Origin: Deinococcus sp.
GTDB taxonomy: Bacteria > Deinococcota > Deinococci > Deinococcales > Deinococcaceae
Assembly (NCBI GenBank): GCA_965261005.1
Contig: OZ253375.1
Span: 96,001 to 160,000 of the forward strand
Direction: 5' to 3'
Length of the DNA: 64,000 nucleotides
The translations under genes were made by a program, and so were the position numbers. The notes below the pieces were generated by a model. It saw only the letters and a list, made by a program, of their open reading frames with translations, did no database searches and had not been told where the DNA came from. Below, piece by piece: positions 1-12,467 of the stretch. Positions within the stretch are counted from its first letter, which is position 1, and every line of letters begins with the position of its first letter.

Positions 1-207
1 ATCTACTTGCGAGCCAAGAACGATTATAAATCAGCGGGTCAGCAGCTCTCTGGCAAAGCTGTTCGTATGGATGACGGCACAGTCGTTTACGACGGTATAG
101 ATTCACGAGGGATCCTTCCCTTAAACGAAGTCGCAGGAAAAAATCGCCCTCCTGTGTTTTTTGGAAGACTCGCGAACAATTGGAAAATAAATAGAGGAAA
201 ATCGTGA
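1..207 (+). CDS. 3' end of an AT-rich hypothetical gene (partial; frame open from base 1)
   Basis: Frame is open from position 1 (ATC TAC TTG CGA...) to TGA at 207. The stop overlaps the GTG start of the next ORF (GTGA). AT-rich relative to the rest of the window. Confidence 0.5.
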   Translation: MYLRAKNDYKSAGQQLSGKAVRMDDGTVVYDGIDSRGILPLNEVAGKNRPPVFFGRLANNWKINRGKS

Positions 208-1127
208 TTCGTATATTATGTGTCTCTTCTGTTCTGCTTTTATCAAGTTTGGGGCAATATTCTAATGGAAATGTTCATGTAGTTTCCGTTCTTAAAAATA
301 ATACTAATAGTATAAAATCCGCTTTGGACGAAGAACTGAGAGACAAAGATGGTTTTCCTATACCATATCTATACTCAAAAATACCCATAGAAAGTGAAAC
401 CTTTCCCGAACTGAAAGGAAGCATAATATGGAACTCTTACTATAACTTCAGTACCCACAGTACAGATCACAACAACGATTCTTCCGGGTATGACGTAAAT
501 CTTATATCTAATCCAAATTGCAATCCAGATTTATTCAAAGGCGATTGCTACAATGGTAATTTCTCGGCTTGGGTTAATGTTAAAGATAGTGGATATACTG
601 AAGATAAATTTCAGGTTTTGAAGGAGCCATTATCAGATAAACCCGTCCCCTTAGCTTACGGAATTACGGGATACATATACGGCATTGCTATAAGATTTCT
701 ATATAAACAGGGAGAGTACTGGATTGATGGCAGCCGCTACCCTCTCGAAAACGTGATTCTCGCCAACGCGGCGAACGTGGACCTCAAGGACCCCAAGGGA
801 CCGAACTACAACAAGCCCTTTGGCGGTACGGTCGGTCAGAAGCTCAAGCTCAACATGCAGCTTCGCCGCAGTGGCAAGTGGCTGTGGGGCACCTACGCCT
901 ATAACCTGGGCAAGCCCGTTGCCGTGCAAGACCGCCTGTACGTCGTCGGCAGCGTGGCCCCAGACGGCGTGGCCAGCTTGCGGGAATACAGCTTCGACAA
1001 CCAGAACAACAAGGCCAACCAGACTGGCCTCTTCAGGGGAAAGCTGGTCGGCGACAAGACCTTCAGCGGGACGTGGTCCGCCCCTGACGGCAAGAAGACC
1101 TTGCCGTTCTCGTTACAGGCCAAGTAA
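204..1127 (+). CDS. Secreted hypothetical protein; AT-rich N-terminal part, GC-rich C-terminal beta-rich domain
   Basis: 307-aa ORF with N-terminal signal-like segment (MIRILCVSSVLLLSSLG). C-terminal GT..L.MQL...G.Y.Y...TG.F.G...FSGTWSAPDGKKTLPF pattern is reminiscent of secreted proteins. Confidence 0.7.
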   Translation: MIRILCVSSVLLLSSLGQYSNGNVHVVSVLKNNTNSIKSALDEELRDKDGFPIPYLYSKIPIESETFPELKGSIIWNSYYNFSTHSTDHNNDSSGYDVNLISNPNCNPDLFKGDCYNGNFSAWVNVKDSGYTEDKFQVLKEPLSDKPVPLAYGITGYIYGIAIRFLYKQGEYWIDGSRYPLENVILANAANVDLKDPKGPNYNKPFGGTVGQKLKLNMQLRRSGKWLWGTYAYNLGKPVAVQDRLYVVGSVAPDGVASLREYSFDNQNNKANQTGLFRGKLVGDKTFSGTWSAPDGKKTLPFSLQAK

Positions 1128-1186
1128 GTATCCCGACTTCGAGCCGGACGGGCATGGATGCTTTACGTTAAGGGCAGGAGGTTCAC

Positions 1187-2758
1187 GTGCCCGATTCCGC
1201 GCCTACTTCTGTAACCGTCAAGCTGTCTGATCTGCCGTCAAGCGGTCTGCACGCCGTCAAGGTCGGCGACGAGGAGGTGCTGCTCGCCCAGGTGGACGGC
1301 GAAATCTTCGCCCTTCAAGGGAAGTGTCCGCACGCCGGGGCGCCCCTGGAAAAGGGCGTCCTGAGCAGCCACCGCCTGGTCTGTCCGTGGCACCACGCCT
1401 GCTTCGACGTGCGCAGTGGCCAATTACTGGAGCCGCCCGCGCTGGACGATCTGAAGCGCTACCGGGTGGAGCGCTCGGAGGGCGAGGTTCGGGTGTTCCT
1501 CGCCGAGCTGCCGAACCCCGAACGGCCCCAGCCCGCCCCCGATGAGCGCACCTTTCTGATGGTGGGCGGCGGCGCGGCGGGGGAGGTGTGTGCCCAGACG
1601 CTGCGCCGCCAAGGATTCGGCGGGCGGGTGGTCGTGCTCAGCGCTGACGCGCAGGCCCCCTATGACCGCACCAGCCTGAGCAAGAAGGTTTTGGCGGGTC
1701 AGGCTGACCCGGACAGCCTGCCGCTCAAGGACGAAGACTGGTACGCCCAGAACGACGTCGAGCTGCGCCTAAATTCGGTGGTGGAAAAGGTGAATGTAGA
1801 GGCGCGCGAGGTGCAACTGGCCGGGGGTGAGACGCTCGCCTACGACGGTCTGCTGTTCGCCACCGGCGGCGTGCCGCGCACGCTGGATGTGCCGGGCGCC
1901 GACCTGGGGAACATCGTGGTCCTGCGGACGCCGCAAGACGTTGACTGGATCACTGACCGCCTCAATCAGGCCAAGAACGTCGTGATCGTGGGGTCGAGCT
2001 TTATCGGCTTGGAGGCGGCCTCCAGCCTCAGAACGCGCGGCGACTGGAACGTGACTGTCGTCGGGCAGGAGGACGTGCCGTTTGAAAGCACCCTGGGCGA
2101 GGCGGTCGGGCGCTACTTTCAGGGGCTGCACGAGGCGCACGGCGTCACCTTCAAGCTGGGCGCCGAGGTGGAGCGCTTCGAGGGCGAGCGCGACGTGCGG
2201 GCGGTCGTCCTGAGGGGGGGCGAGCGGCTAGACGCCGACTTGGTGCTGCTGGGCGTCGGGGTGCGGCCCGCGACGGGGGCATTGCCGGGGGACCTGCTGA
2301 CCGAACGCGGTGAAATCACGGTGGACGCCCGCATGCGCGCCGCCCCCAACCTCTACGCCGCCGGCGACGTCACCCGCTTTCCCGGTCCGCAGACGGACGA
2401 ACCCATCCATGTCGAACATTGGCGCGTGGCCCAGCAACACGGCCGCGCCGCCGCCATGAACCTGCTCGGCTCGGGAACGGATTACGCGGGCGTCCCCTAC
2501 TTCTGGACCTTTCACTATGGCCAGAATTTGCGCTACAGCGGCCACGCCGAGGGGTGGGACGAGACCGTGACTTGGGGCGACGTGGACCAGGGTGAGTTTC
2601 TGGTGTTCTACGTCAAGGATGGCCGGGTGCGCGCCGCCGCCGGCCTCAAGCGCGACACCGCCCTGGCCGCTGCCGAGGAGTTGCTGCGGCTGGACCGCAT
2701 GCCGAGTCCCCAGGAGCTGCGCGCCGGCGAGTTCGACTTGGCGGGCCTGCTGCGCTAA
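1187..2758 (+). CDS. Rieske [2Fe-2S] domain fused to FAD/NAD(P)H-dependent ferredoxin reductase (AIF3-like)
   Basis: CPHAG...CPWHH Rieske motifs; GGGAAG FAD site, GSSFIGLE NAD site, YAAGDV, VPYFWT C-terminal reductase motif. RBS AGGAGG upstream. Confidence 0.92.
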   Translation: MPDSAPTSVTVKLSDLPSSGLHAVKVGDEEVLLAQVDGEIFALQGKCPHAGAPLEKGVLSSHRLVCPWHHACFDVRSGQLLEPPALDDLKRYRVERSEGEVRVFLAELPNPERPQPAPDERTFLMVGGGAAGEVCAQTLRRQGFGGRVVVLSADAQAPYDRTSLSKKVLAGQADPDSLPLKDEDWYAQNDVELRLNSVVEKVNVEAREVQLAGGETLAYDGLLFATGGVPRTLDVPGADLGNIVVLRTPQDVDWITDRLNQAKNVVIVGSSFIGLEAASSLRTRGDWNVTVVGQEDVPFESTLGEAVGRYFQGLHEAHGVTFKLGAEVERFEGERDVRAVVLRGGERLDADLVLLGVGVRPATGALPGDLLTERGEITVDARMRAAPNLYAAGDVTRFPGPQTDEPIHVEHWRVAQQHGRAAAMNLLGSGTDYAGVPYFWTFHYGQNLRYSGHAEGWDETVTWGDVDQGEFLVFYVKDGRVRAAAGLKRDTALAAAEELLRLDRMPSPQELRAGEFDLAGLLR

Positions 2759-2777
2759 CGGCCGGAAAAAGTCCACG

Positions 2778-2807
2778 AAAAAGCGGAGTCCTGTTAGGGA
2801 CTCCGCT
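2778..2807 (-). terminator. Rho-independent terminator of the SLH-protein gene (between convergent genes)
   Basis: AGCGGAGTCC-TGTTAG-GGACTCCGCT 10-bp stem; the A-run on + gives a U-tail on the minus strand. Confidence 0.8.
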
Positions 2808-2822
2808 CTGACTTGAGGGGGT

Positions 2823-4046
2823 TTAGAAGAAGAACTTCAGGCCCACACGGGCGCCGATGCCGAAGCCGTTGGTGGCGGTGGTGTTCAGGTTGGTGCCCAG
2901 ACCGTTGTTGCTGAAATAGTAGCGCGGGGTCGCCTCGGCGAACACGCCCAAGCTGTCGGTGAAGCGGTAATCCACGCCGACCAGGCCGCTGACGTAGAAG
3001 TCGGTCGCGCCGCCGTCGCCCACGCGCGGCGTCGAGTACACGATGCCGGCGCCCGCGCCCACGTAGGGCTGGAAGGCGGCGCCCGCGCCCAGGCCGTACA
3101 TCAGGTTGACGTCGCCCTCGATGGCGCTGTTGCTGGGCTGATAGCCGACGTCAACACGGGCGCCGAAGCCAAAGAGGAACTGCTTGAGGCCAAAGACCGC
3201 GTTGTATTTTAGGGCGTTGAACGCGAAGGCGTCGCTGCCAAAAGCGTACGAGGCGCTGATGCCCACGTAGGTGGTCGGCTCGGTGAAGATAGGGGCGTTG
3301 CCCACGCCGCTGTCCACGATCACGGTCTGACCTTCGCCGGGCACCACCGCGACACCTTGATCGGCCGGGGCGGGCGCAGGTGCCACGGTGACCGGGGCCG
3401 GGGCGGGCGCGGGCTGGGCGGCCTGCTGCGCCACCTGGGTTTCCAGGGCCGCGACGCGCGCCTCCAGCGCCGAGGTGTCGGCGGGGGCGGCAGCCGTAGG
3501 GGCCGGGGCGGCCTGCAAGGTCTGCACGTTTTGCTGGAGCTGCTGGACAGTCTGCTCCAGGGTAGCCACGCGGGCGCTCAGATCGGTCGTGTTGGTGGTG
3601 ATGTTGGTCGTGTCCAGCGCGGCGATCTGCTGCTCCAGGGTCTGAATGCGCTGCGCCTGGCTGGTGTTGGCGCTCTCCAACGCGTCCACCCGACCGGTAA
3701 TGGTCGCCAGCTCGGTGGCCACTTCCTGCATGCCGTTCACGACGGTCTGCATGTCTTGGGGGGCCATCTGCGACAGCTGGCCGCTTTGCAGCAAGCGGTA
3801 GAAGATCAGCGCCGCTTGGTAGCGGGTCAGGTTCTCGTTGCCACGAAAGGTGCCGTCGGGAAAGCCTTGAATCAGGCCGCGCTGGGTGATGAAGTCAACC
3901 GCGTCCTTGGCCCAGTGGCCGGCCGGCACGTCTGAGAAGTTGGCGGGCGCCACGGTCGTGGTCGCGGGCGTGGCCGTCTGGGCGCTGGCGGCTCCCAGGC
4001 CGAGGGCGGCGGTGAGCGAGGTCACCAAAAGCATGCGGGTCTTCAT
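2823..4046 (-). CDS. S-layer homology (SLH) domain protein with coiled coil and C-terminal outer-membrane beta-barrel (SlpA/OmpM-like architecture, small barrel)
   Basis: Signal peptide; SLH motif FSDVPAGHWA...GLIQGFPDGTFRG...TRYQ; Gln-rich heptads; PAPAP linker; amphipathic strands ending in GLKFFF. Confidence 0.9.
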   Translation of the reverse strand: MKTRMLLVTSLTAALGLGAASAQTATPATTTVAPANFSDVPAGHWAKDAVDFITQRGLIQGFPDGTFRGNENLTRYQAALIFYRLLQSGQLSQMAPQDMQTVVNGMQEVATELATITGRVDALESANTSQAQRIQTLEQQIAALDTTNITTNTTDLSARVATLEQTVQQLQQNVQTLQAAPAPTAAAPADTSALEARVAALETQVAQQAAQPAPAPAPVTVAPAPAPADQGVAVVPGEGQTVIVDSGVGNAPIFTEPTTYVGISASYAFGSDAFAFNALKYNAVFGLKQFLFGFGARVDVGYQPSNSAIEGDVNLMYGLGAGAAFQPYVGAGAGIVYSTPRVGDGGATDFYVSGLVGVDYRFTDSLGVFAEATPRYYFSNNGLGTNLNTTATNGFGIGARVGLKFFF

Positions 4047-4341
4047 TTCTTCTCCTCACAAAGGGCAGCACGAAATTTGCAACTGGGGCGCGAACGAAGT
4101 TTCTCGCCCTTTCATCGCATGTCCCTACCGTAAGAAAGTGCGATGAGCGAAGTATGAACGAGAACGCGCTTTTTCCTTGGCTGTTGTGGATATTCCTAAA
4201 GGTTGCGATCAGGAATGAGCTGCGGCGCCGAGAAGGGTCAAGGCGCGCGGGCCGCCGGATTTACGTCCGTGGCCGAAGTTCGGGGCTGGAGTTTGGGTCC
4301 GGCGGCGGACTCGGGCGGGGTCAGCGCCTATACTTGGGCGT

Positions 4342-5058
4342 ATGACTCAGATTCATGTGAAGGCGCGCCCCGCCGACTTGGCGCCCCTGGTGCTGTTGCC
4401 AGGGGACCCCGGCCGGGCGCGCTGGATCGCGCGGACCTTTTTGGAGGACCCGCGCCCCTACACCGAGCACCGTGGTCTGCTGGGCTTTACTGGCACGTAC
4501 CGGGGGGTGCCGGTCAGCGTGCAGACGACCGGCATGGGCTGTCCCAGCGCCAGCATCGTGGCCGAGGAGCTGGTCAACCTCGGCGCCACCCACCTGCTGC
4601 GGGTCGGAACCTGCGGCGCCGCCAGCGCGCGCCTGAAGCCGGCCGACCTGGTGATCGCGCTTTCCAGCGTGCCGGCCGACGGCACCACCCGGCAATACCT
4701 GGGCGGCGCCCCTTACGCGCCCACGGCCAGTTATTCTCTGGTGGAGGCGAGCGTGGGGGCCGCTCGCGAGCTGGGCTTGCCCCACCACGTCGGTTTGCTG
4801 ATGACCGAGGACGCCTTTTACGCTTCCACGCCCGAGCACGCCCAGACTTGGGCGGCGCGCGGCGTCCTTGCCTTCGAGATGGAGGCCAGCGCCCTCTTTC
4901 TGATCGCCGCCCTGCGCGGTGTTCAGGCCGGTTGCCTGGTCACGGTCAGCAACGCCATTGGCGACGCGCAGCTGGTCACCGAGGAGGTGCTGGCGCGCGG
5001 CGTCGAGCAGATGGTGAGAACGGCGCTGGAGACCTTCGTGAGGGTCGCGCAGGGCTAG
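4342..5058 (+). CDS. deoD: Purine nucleoside phosphorylase (DeoD-type)
   Basis: VLLPGDPGRA, TTGMGCPS, RVGTCG, FEMEASAL motifs. TATACT -10 box 7 nt before ATG. Confidence 0.88.
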   Translation: MTQIHVKARPADLAPLVLLPGDPGRARWIARTFLEDPRPYTEHRGLLGFTGTYRGVPVSVQTTGMGCPSASIVAEELVNLGATHLLRVGTCGAASARLKPADLVIALSSVPADGTTRQYLGGAPYAPTASYSLVEASVGAARELGLPHHVGLLMTEDAFYASTPEHAQTWAARGVLAFEMEASALFLIAALRGVQAGCLVTVSNAIGDAQLVTEEVLARGVEQMVRTALETFVRVAQG

Positions 5059-5110
5059 AATCTCGCTCTCTGCCCTTTGCTTTCCTCTGCGCTCTGCCTT
5101 AAGGAGAACC

Positions 5111-5899
5111 ATGCTCGACGCCGAATTCAAAAACATACAGCTCGATCAGCACGGCCCCCTCGCGGTGCTGACGGTGAACCGTCCGGGGGCGCTCAACGCC
5201 CTGAACGCCGATACCCTTTCCGAGATCGCCCAAGCTGTCGAGTTGGTGGTGGACGAGGCCGAGGTGGGCGCCCTGATCGTGACGGGCGCGGGTGAGCGCG
5301 CCTTTGTGGCCGGCGCGGACATCGCCGAACTCGCGGAACTCGACAGCGCCTTTGCCGGGCGCGAGCTGAGCTTGGCCGGACAGGACGTGATGCAGACCAT
5401 CGCCGCGCTGCCGCTGCCGACCATCGCGGCCATTTCGGGCTACGCCCTCGGGGGCGGCCTGGAGTTGGCCCTGGCCTGCGACGTGCGGGTGGCGTCGCCG
5501 GGAGCGAAACTCGGCCTGCCCGAGGTGGGCTTGGGCCTGATTCCCGGCTTCGGCGGCACCCAACGCCTGCCGCGCGTGGTGGGCCTGGGGCGCGCCCTCG
5601 ACCTTTTGCTGACCGGGCGGCAGGTGGACGCCCGGGAAGCGCTGGAGATGGGCCTCGTGAGCGCGCTGGCGGACGATCCCCTGCGGAGGGCGCGCGAGTT
5701 GGCGCAGCAGATGCTGAAAAACGCCCCCATGAGCCTCGGCCTGGTCAAGGAGGCGGTGCGCCGCGGCATGGACGCCCCCTTCGACCACGCGCTCGAAATC
5801 GAGGCGGACTTGTTCGGCCTGGCGGTGGTGACGAGGGACTTCAAGGAGGGCGCCCGCGCCTTTTTGGACAAGCGCCCGCCCAAGTTCGAGGGCGAGTAA
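5111..5899 (+). CDS. Enoyl-CoA hydratase/isomerase (crotonase family)
   Basis: NRPGALNAL, AFVAGADI, GYALGGGLELALACD, LPEVGLGLIPGFGGTQRL. RBS AAGGAG. Confidence 0.93.
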   Translation: MLDAEFKNIQLDQHGPLAVLTVNRPGALNALNADTLSEIAQAVELVVDEAEVGALIVTGAGERAFVAGADIAELAELDSAFAGRELSLAGQDVMQTIAALPLPTIAAISGYALGGGLELALACDVRVASPGAKLGLPEVGLGLIPGFGGTQRLPRVVGLGRALDLLLTGRQVDAREALEMGLVSALADDPLRRARELAQQMLKNAPMSLGLVKEAVRRGMDAPFDHALEIEADLFGLAVVTRDFKEGARAFLDKRPPKFEGE

Positions 5900-5900
5900 G

Positions 5901-6989
5901 GTGTCCCAAGAAGAGCGGGACCAAAAAGCCAACGATAAGCTGACCCTCAAGGTCGCGGGCGGCACCTTGCAAGACGTGGACGGCGGGCCGGCGAATGAAC
6001 GCGGCGTTTCTGAAGGCGGCGCCTCGCCGCACGAGCGCGTGATCGAGTTCGCCACGCCGCGCGCCAAGCTGATCGAGGAGGCCGACCGCTCGATTCGCGG
6101 CGACCTCGCCCCCCACCCAAAGGCGCTCTCAGCCTACTTGGCCCTCAGCAAGGACCCGGAGGCGCGGGCCAGTTGGGACATGGCCAATTACATCACCATG
6201 CGCAAGCTGGGCTACAACGACCACGGGCGCGTGCACGCCTGGGTGACGGGGGCCGCCTCGACCGCCATTTTGGACTTGCTGGTGCGCGGCGGGGTGCAGC
6301 CGGACTTGGTGGAGTCCGGCATCGGCGACCTGGACGACGCCTACGTCGCCGTGATTCTGGGCAGCATGCTGCACGACATCGGCAACCAGGTGCACCGGGT
6401 CCAACACGAGCTGTACGGCGCCACTTTGGCCCGCCCGATACTCGACCGGCTGCTCACGCCGCTCTACCCGGACGTCTTCAAGCGCACCAAGGTCCGCGCC
6501 TTTGCGCTGCACTGCATTGACTGCCACGACCTCAACCCCGCGCCCCTGACCATCGAGGGCGGCGTGACGGCGGTGGCCGACGGCATCGACATCACCAAGG
6601 GCCGTGGGCGCAAGGCGTTCGCGCTGGGCAGCGTGGACATCCACTCGATCAGCGCCCTCGCGGTGGACGTTGTCACCATCGCGCGCGGCCGGGACAAGCC
6701 GGTCTCCATCGAGGTCACCATGAACAACTCGGGCGGCATCTTCCAAGTGGAGGAGATTTTGGCGCCCAAGGTGATTCGCTCGCCGCTCGCCCCCTACGTC
6801 TCACTGCGCGCCAAGATGAGGGACGCGCCCGAGGCGCGCATTCTCAACCGGGTGCGCCTGGAGGGCGACCACTTCGTGATGGACCTGGAGGACTTCGGCG
6901 AGGTGGAGGCGGACGTCGAGGTAACCCGCAAGCAGCTGCTCAAAGAGGTCGAGCGCGAGTTGGGGGGGCCTGAGCCAGGGCAGGAGTAG
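5901..6989 (+). CDS. HD-domain metal-dependent phosphohydrolase
   Basis: NDHGRVH...LHDIGN...H...ADGID HD-superfamily motifs. Confidence 0.85.
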   Translation: MSQEERDQKANDKLTLKVAGGTLQDVDGGPANERGVSEGGASPHERVIEFATPRAKLIEEADRSIRGDLAPHPKALSAYLALSKDPEARASWDMANYITMRKLGYNDHGRVHAWVTGAASTAILDLLVRGGVQPDLVESGIGDLDDAYVAVILGSMLHDIGNQVHRVQHELYGATLARPILDRLLTPLYPDVFKRTKVRAFALHCIDCHDLNPAPLTIEGGVTAVADGIDITKGRGRKAFALGSVDIHSISALAVDVVTIARGRDKPVSIEVTMNNSGGIFQVEEILAPKVIRSPLAPYVSLRAKMRDAPEARILNRVRLEGDHFVMDLEDFGEVEADVEVTRKQLLKEVERELGGPEPGQE

Positions 6990-7028
6990 GCCACACATCG
7001 GGCGCGTCTTATCAAGGCAAGCGTCAGA

Positions 7029-7994
7029 TCAAGACACGTCGAGGTGCAACACGTCCCGGACGAACATCCCCGCCAAGTCCGGGTCGAATTGGCAACCCGC
7101 CTCCCTCAGCAGGTGCTCGGCGGCGTCGCGGTAGTCCCAAGCGGGCTTGTAGCTGCGCTCGGACGTGAGGGCGTCGAACACGTCGGCGATGGACAGTGCG
7201 CGGGCCAGCAAGGGAATTTGGGTGCCGCGCAGACCCTTTGGGTAGCCCAGCCCGTCCCAGCGCTCGTGGTGGGACAAGACGGCCTCCCGCACCTCCGATG
7301 GCAAAAAGGCCAGCCCTGCCAGAATGTCCTCGCCCCAGGCCGGGTGCTGCCGAATCACCGCCCGCTCCTCGTCGGTGAGCGGGGCCGGCTTGAGCAGGAT
7401 CTGGTCGGGCACGCGGGCCTTGCCCACGTCGTGCAGGTAGGCCGCCCAGTGAAGCGCGCGGCGCTGCTCGGCGTTCAGGCCCAACACCTCGCCGAAGCGC
7501 GCGGCGTAGTGGGCGACCCGCTCGACGTGGTCCTGCTCGCGGCGGCTGGTTTGCGACCCAAAGGCCCGCAGCGTGGCGTCGAGCGACGCCTCCAGCTCGC
7601 CAACCTGCCGTTCAAGCTGCCACTCGAAGCGCGACAGCGGCGCCAAGCTGCCGGCCAGCCAACCGCCCTCGCGGCGCCAAGTCACCCCGAAACGGCGGCG
7701 TAGGGGACCGCACGTCGCCACGCCCGCGCCATCTGTGTCCGGATACTCCGCACCCGGCGTCAGCGCTTCGAGCGCCACGACGCTGGTCAGCGGCAGCCCC
7801 AGGGCGTCCTCCTCCGGCACGCCCGTCAGCGCTTCCCAAGCGCCGCCAACCGCAACCAGCCGCCCGCCCGCGTCCGCCAGAAAAAGGGCCTGCGGCGCGA
7901 GGTGCAACATCAGGCTGGCGCTTTCTGGCAAGACCGTTTGCTGTTTGGCCGTCTGCTTGACCGTTGGTTGCTTGGAGGTGAGTTCTTCGGACAT
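7029..7994 (-). CDS. PAS-like + HD-GYP domain protein (c-di-GMP phosphodiesterase class II)
   Basis: HVERVA, LHDVGK, HHERWDGLGYP, IADVFDALTSERSYK. Start placed at the ATG at 7994 (uncertain). Confidence 0.88.
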   Translation of the reverse strand: MSEELTSKQPTVKQTAKQQTVLPESASLMLHLAPQALFLADAGGRLVAVGGAWEALTGVPEEDALGLPLTSVVALEALTPGAEYPDTDGAGVATCGPLRRRFGVTWRREGGWLAGSLAPLSRFEWQLERQVGELEASLDATLRAFGSQTSRREQDHVERVAHYAARFGEVLGLNAEQRRALHWAAYLHDVGKARVPDQILLKPAPLTDEERAVIRQHPAWGEDILAGLAFLPSEVREAVLSHHERWDGLGYPKGLRGTQIPLLARALSIADVFDALTSERSYKPAWDYRDAAEHLLREAGCQFDPDLAGMFVRDVLHLDVS

Positions 7995-8189
7995 CGCGGC
8001 CGACCTCTGGGACGTCAATGGGTGAAACGAAGCTAAGGGTGTGCCGTCCTGCGTTGGCCCGGCGCGACCATTTCGTCCAAGCCCATCCCGTCTGTGTTTG
8101 GGGTGAAAAAAAGCTCAAGCTCATTTTGCCAGGTTTTGTCCTTTCTGTCGAGGTGTCCCCCCGCGGCTTGGCCGTACTACAGTGCGGGT

Positions 8190-8962
8190 ATGCTGCGCCT
8201 GTTGATGATCGGGGACATTTACGGCAAGCCGGGACGGCGCGTTTTGCAAGACCACCTTCCCGGCATTCGCTCCCGCTACGACTTCGTGATCGCCAACGGT
8301 GAAAACGCGGCCGGCGGCTTCGGCCTCAACCGGGAAGGTGCCGCCGCCATCCTCGGGGCCGGGGTGGACTGCGTCACGCTGGGCAACCATACCTGGAACA
8401 ACAAGGAGATTTACGGCCTGCTCGACGACCCGCGCGTGCTGCGGCCCACCAACTACCCTTCCGGCACGCCGGGCCGCGGCTGGGCGACCTACACCGTGAA
8501 CGGCGAGCGTCTGACGGTGGTGAGCGCGCTGGGCCGCACCTTTATGGAGGCGGTGGACGACCCGTTCGCGGCGCTGGACGGCATCTTGGAGCAGGAGAAG
8601 CTCGGCAGCGTGCTGCTCGACTTTCACGCCGAGGCCACCTCCGAAAAGGCTGCGATGGCTTACTTTCTGGACGGCAAGGTGGCGGCCGTGATCGGCACCC
8701 ACACCCACGTCGCCACCGCCGACGCCCGCATTTTGCCGCGCGGCACGGCCTTTCAAAGCGACGCGGGCATGACCGGCCCGCTGGAGAGCGTGATCGGGGC
8801 CGACCCAGAGGGGCCGGTGGGGCGCTTCACCACCCGGCTGCCGCACCGCTACGCCGTGGCGGGGGGCCGCGCCCAGCTCAACGCGGTCGAGCTGGACGTG
8901 CGGGACAACCGCGCCGTGCGGGTGGCGCGCTACAGCTACGCCGAACTGGCGGAGGAAAGCGC

Positions 8963-8966
<4 letters not shown>
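8190..8966 (+). CDS. ymdB: YmdB-like metallophosphoesterase
   Basis: IGDIYGKPG, NGENAAGG, TLGNH, DFHAEATSEK, GTHTH, SDAGMTG. TACAGT -10 box 6 nt before ATG 8190. Confidence 0.9.
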
Positions 8967-11437
<2,471 letters not shown>

Positions 11438-11465
11438 GGAAGCACGTCGGTTGGCAGGACGCCCG

Positions 11466-11825
11466 CTACCACAGCCCTGCGAAGCTGAGCGCCAAGGTCG
11501 GCAGAAACAGCAGGCCGAACAGCCCCCCGAGAACCATCCGAAGCGCGCCCGCGCGCGTCCGCCGCCAAGCGACCACGGCCAAGACGAGGGCCGTCCAGCC
11601 GAGCAGCAGGCCGAGGGGTGCCAAGAAGATGGTCGGCTCAAGGACGGACAAGCTTTTATGGGTGAAGTTGGCGGAGTAGCCCGACGTGGTCGGCGGCGCG
11701 AACGACCGCACGAATGACCGCAGCTGCCTGCTCGTCAGCCAGACGGTGCCCAGCCACCCGGCCGGCGCCGCAGCCGTGAGCGCCAAGGCCACGCCCCACC
11801 ACGCCGACGGCCGCATGCCCACCAT
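11466..11825 (-). CDS. Small membrane protein
   Basis: 119-aa ORF with three hydrophobic segments filling the gap between ppc and the NYN gene. Confidence 0.6.
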   Translation of the reverse strand: MVGMRPSAWWGVALALTAAAPAGWLGTVWLTSRQLRSFVRSFAPPTTSGYSANFTHKSLSVLEPTIFLAPLGLLLGWTALVLAVVAWRRTRAGALRMVLGGLFGLLFLPTLALSFAGLW

Positions 11826-11930
11826 CTTCGCATGAAGTCGGGCGTGCTAGCTTGCTGAGGTTGCCCCTTTCGCCGCTGTCCCACCTTTTTTCTGACAAGC
11901 TGACTGCTGACCCCTTTTTGGAGTGCTTCA

Positions 11931-12461
11931 ATGGAATACGTCGTTCACAAACCCAGAACCGGCATTTTTATAGACACGCAAAATCTCTACCACTCCGCGC
12001 GCGATCTGCACGAGCGGACCGTCAATTTCGAGACGCTGCTGACCTTGGGCGCCGAGGGGCGCGAGCTGATTCGGGCGGTCGCCTACGTGGTGGAAAAAGA
12101 GGGTGAGTCCACCGCCCGGCCCTTTATCTACAAGCTGAGCGCGCTGGGCTACAAGGTGCGGCGCATGAACCTTCAGCTGCGTCACGTCAACGACCAAGGC
12201 AAGCCCATCTGGGAAGGAAACTGGGACATGGGCATGGTGGCCGACATGGTCCGGTTGTGCGACCACCTCGACGTGATCGTGCTGGGCAGCGGCGACGGCG
12301 ACTTCGCCGACGTGATGGAGGTTTTTCAGGAGCGCGGCAAGCGGGTGGAGGCGGTCGCCTTTCGCGAGCACACCGCCCAAAAGCTGGTGGACGTGGTGGA
12401 CAAGTTCACCAACCTCAGCGAGGTGGAGGAAGCCCTGATGCCTCTGCGGGAGCGCAAGTAG
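11931..12461 (+). CDS. NYN domain protein (LabA/DUF88 family)
   Basis: FIDTQNL, WDMGMVAD, LGSGDGDF, GKRVE motifs. Confidence 0.9.
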   Translation: MEYVVHKPRTGIFIDTQNLYHSARDLHERTVNFETLLTLGAEGRELIRAVAYVVEKEGESTARPFIYKLSALGYKVRRMNLQLRHVNDQGKPIWEGNWDMGMVADMVRLCDHLDVIVLGSGDGDFADVMEVFQERGKRVEAVAFREHTAQKLVDVVDKFTNLSEVEEALMPLRERK

Positions 12462-12467
12462 GCCGGG

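Noticed and set aside
1163..1179. TTACGTTAAGGGCAGGA resembling the Deinococcus RDRM/DdrO box
   Set aside because: The right half deviates and is explained by the AGGAGG RBS, and TACGTT may be a -10 box. The target gene is not a typical RDR member.
5062..5100. CTCTGC-rich pyrimidine tract between deoD and the crotonase gene
   Set aside because: Low-complexity spacer with no overlap-started frame; the downstream gene has its own AAGGAG RBS.
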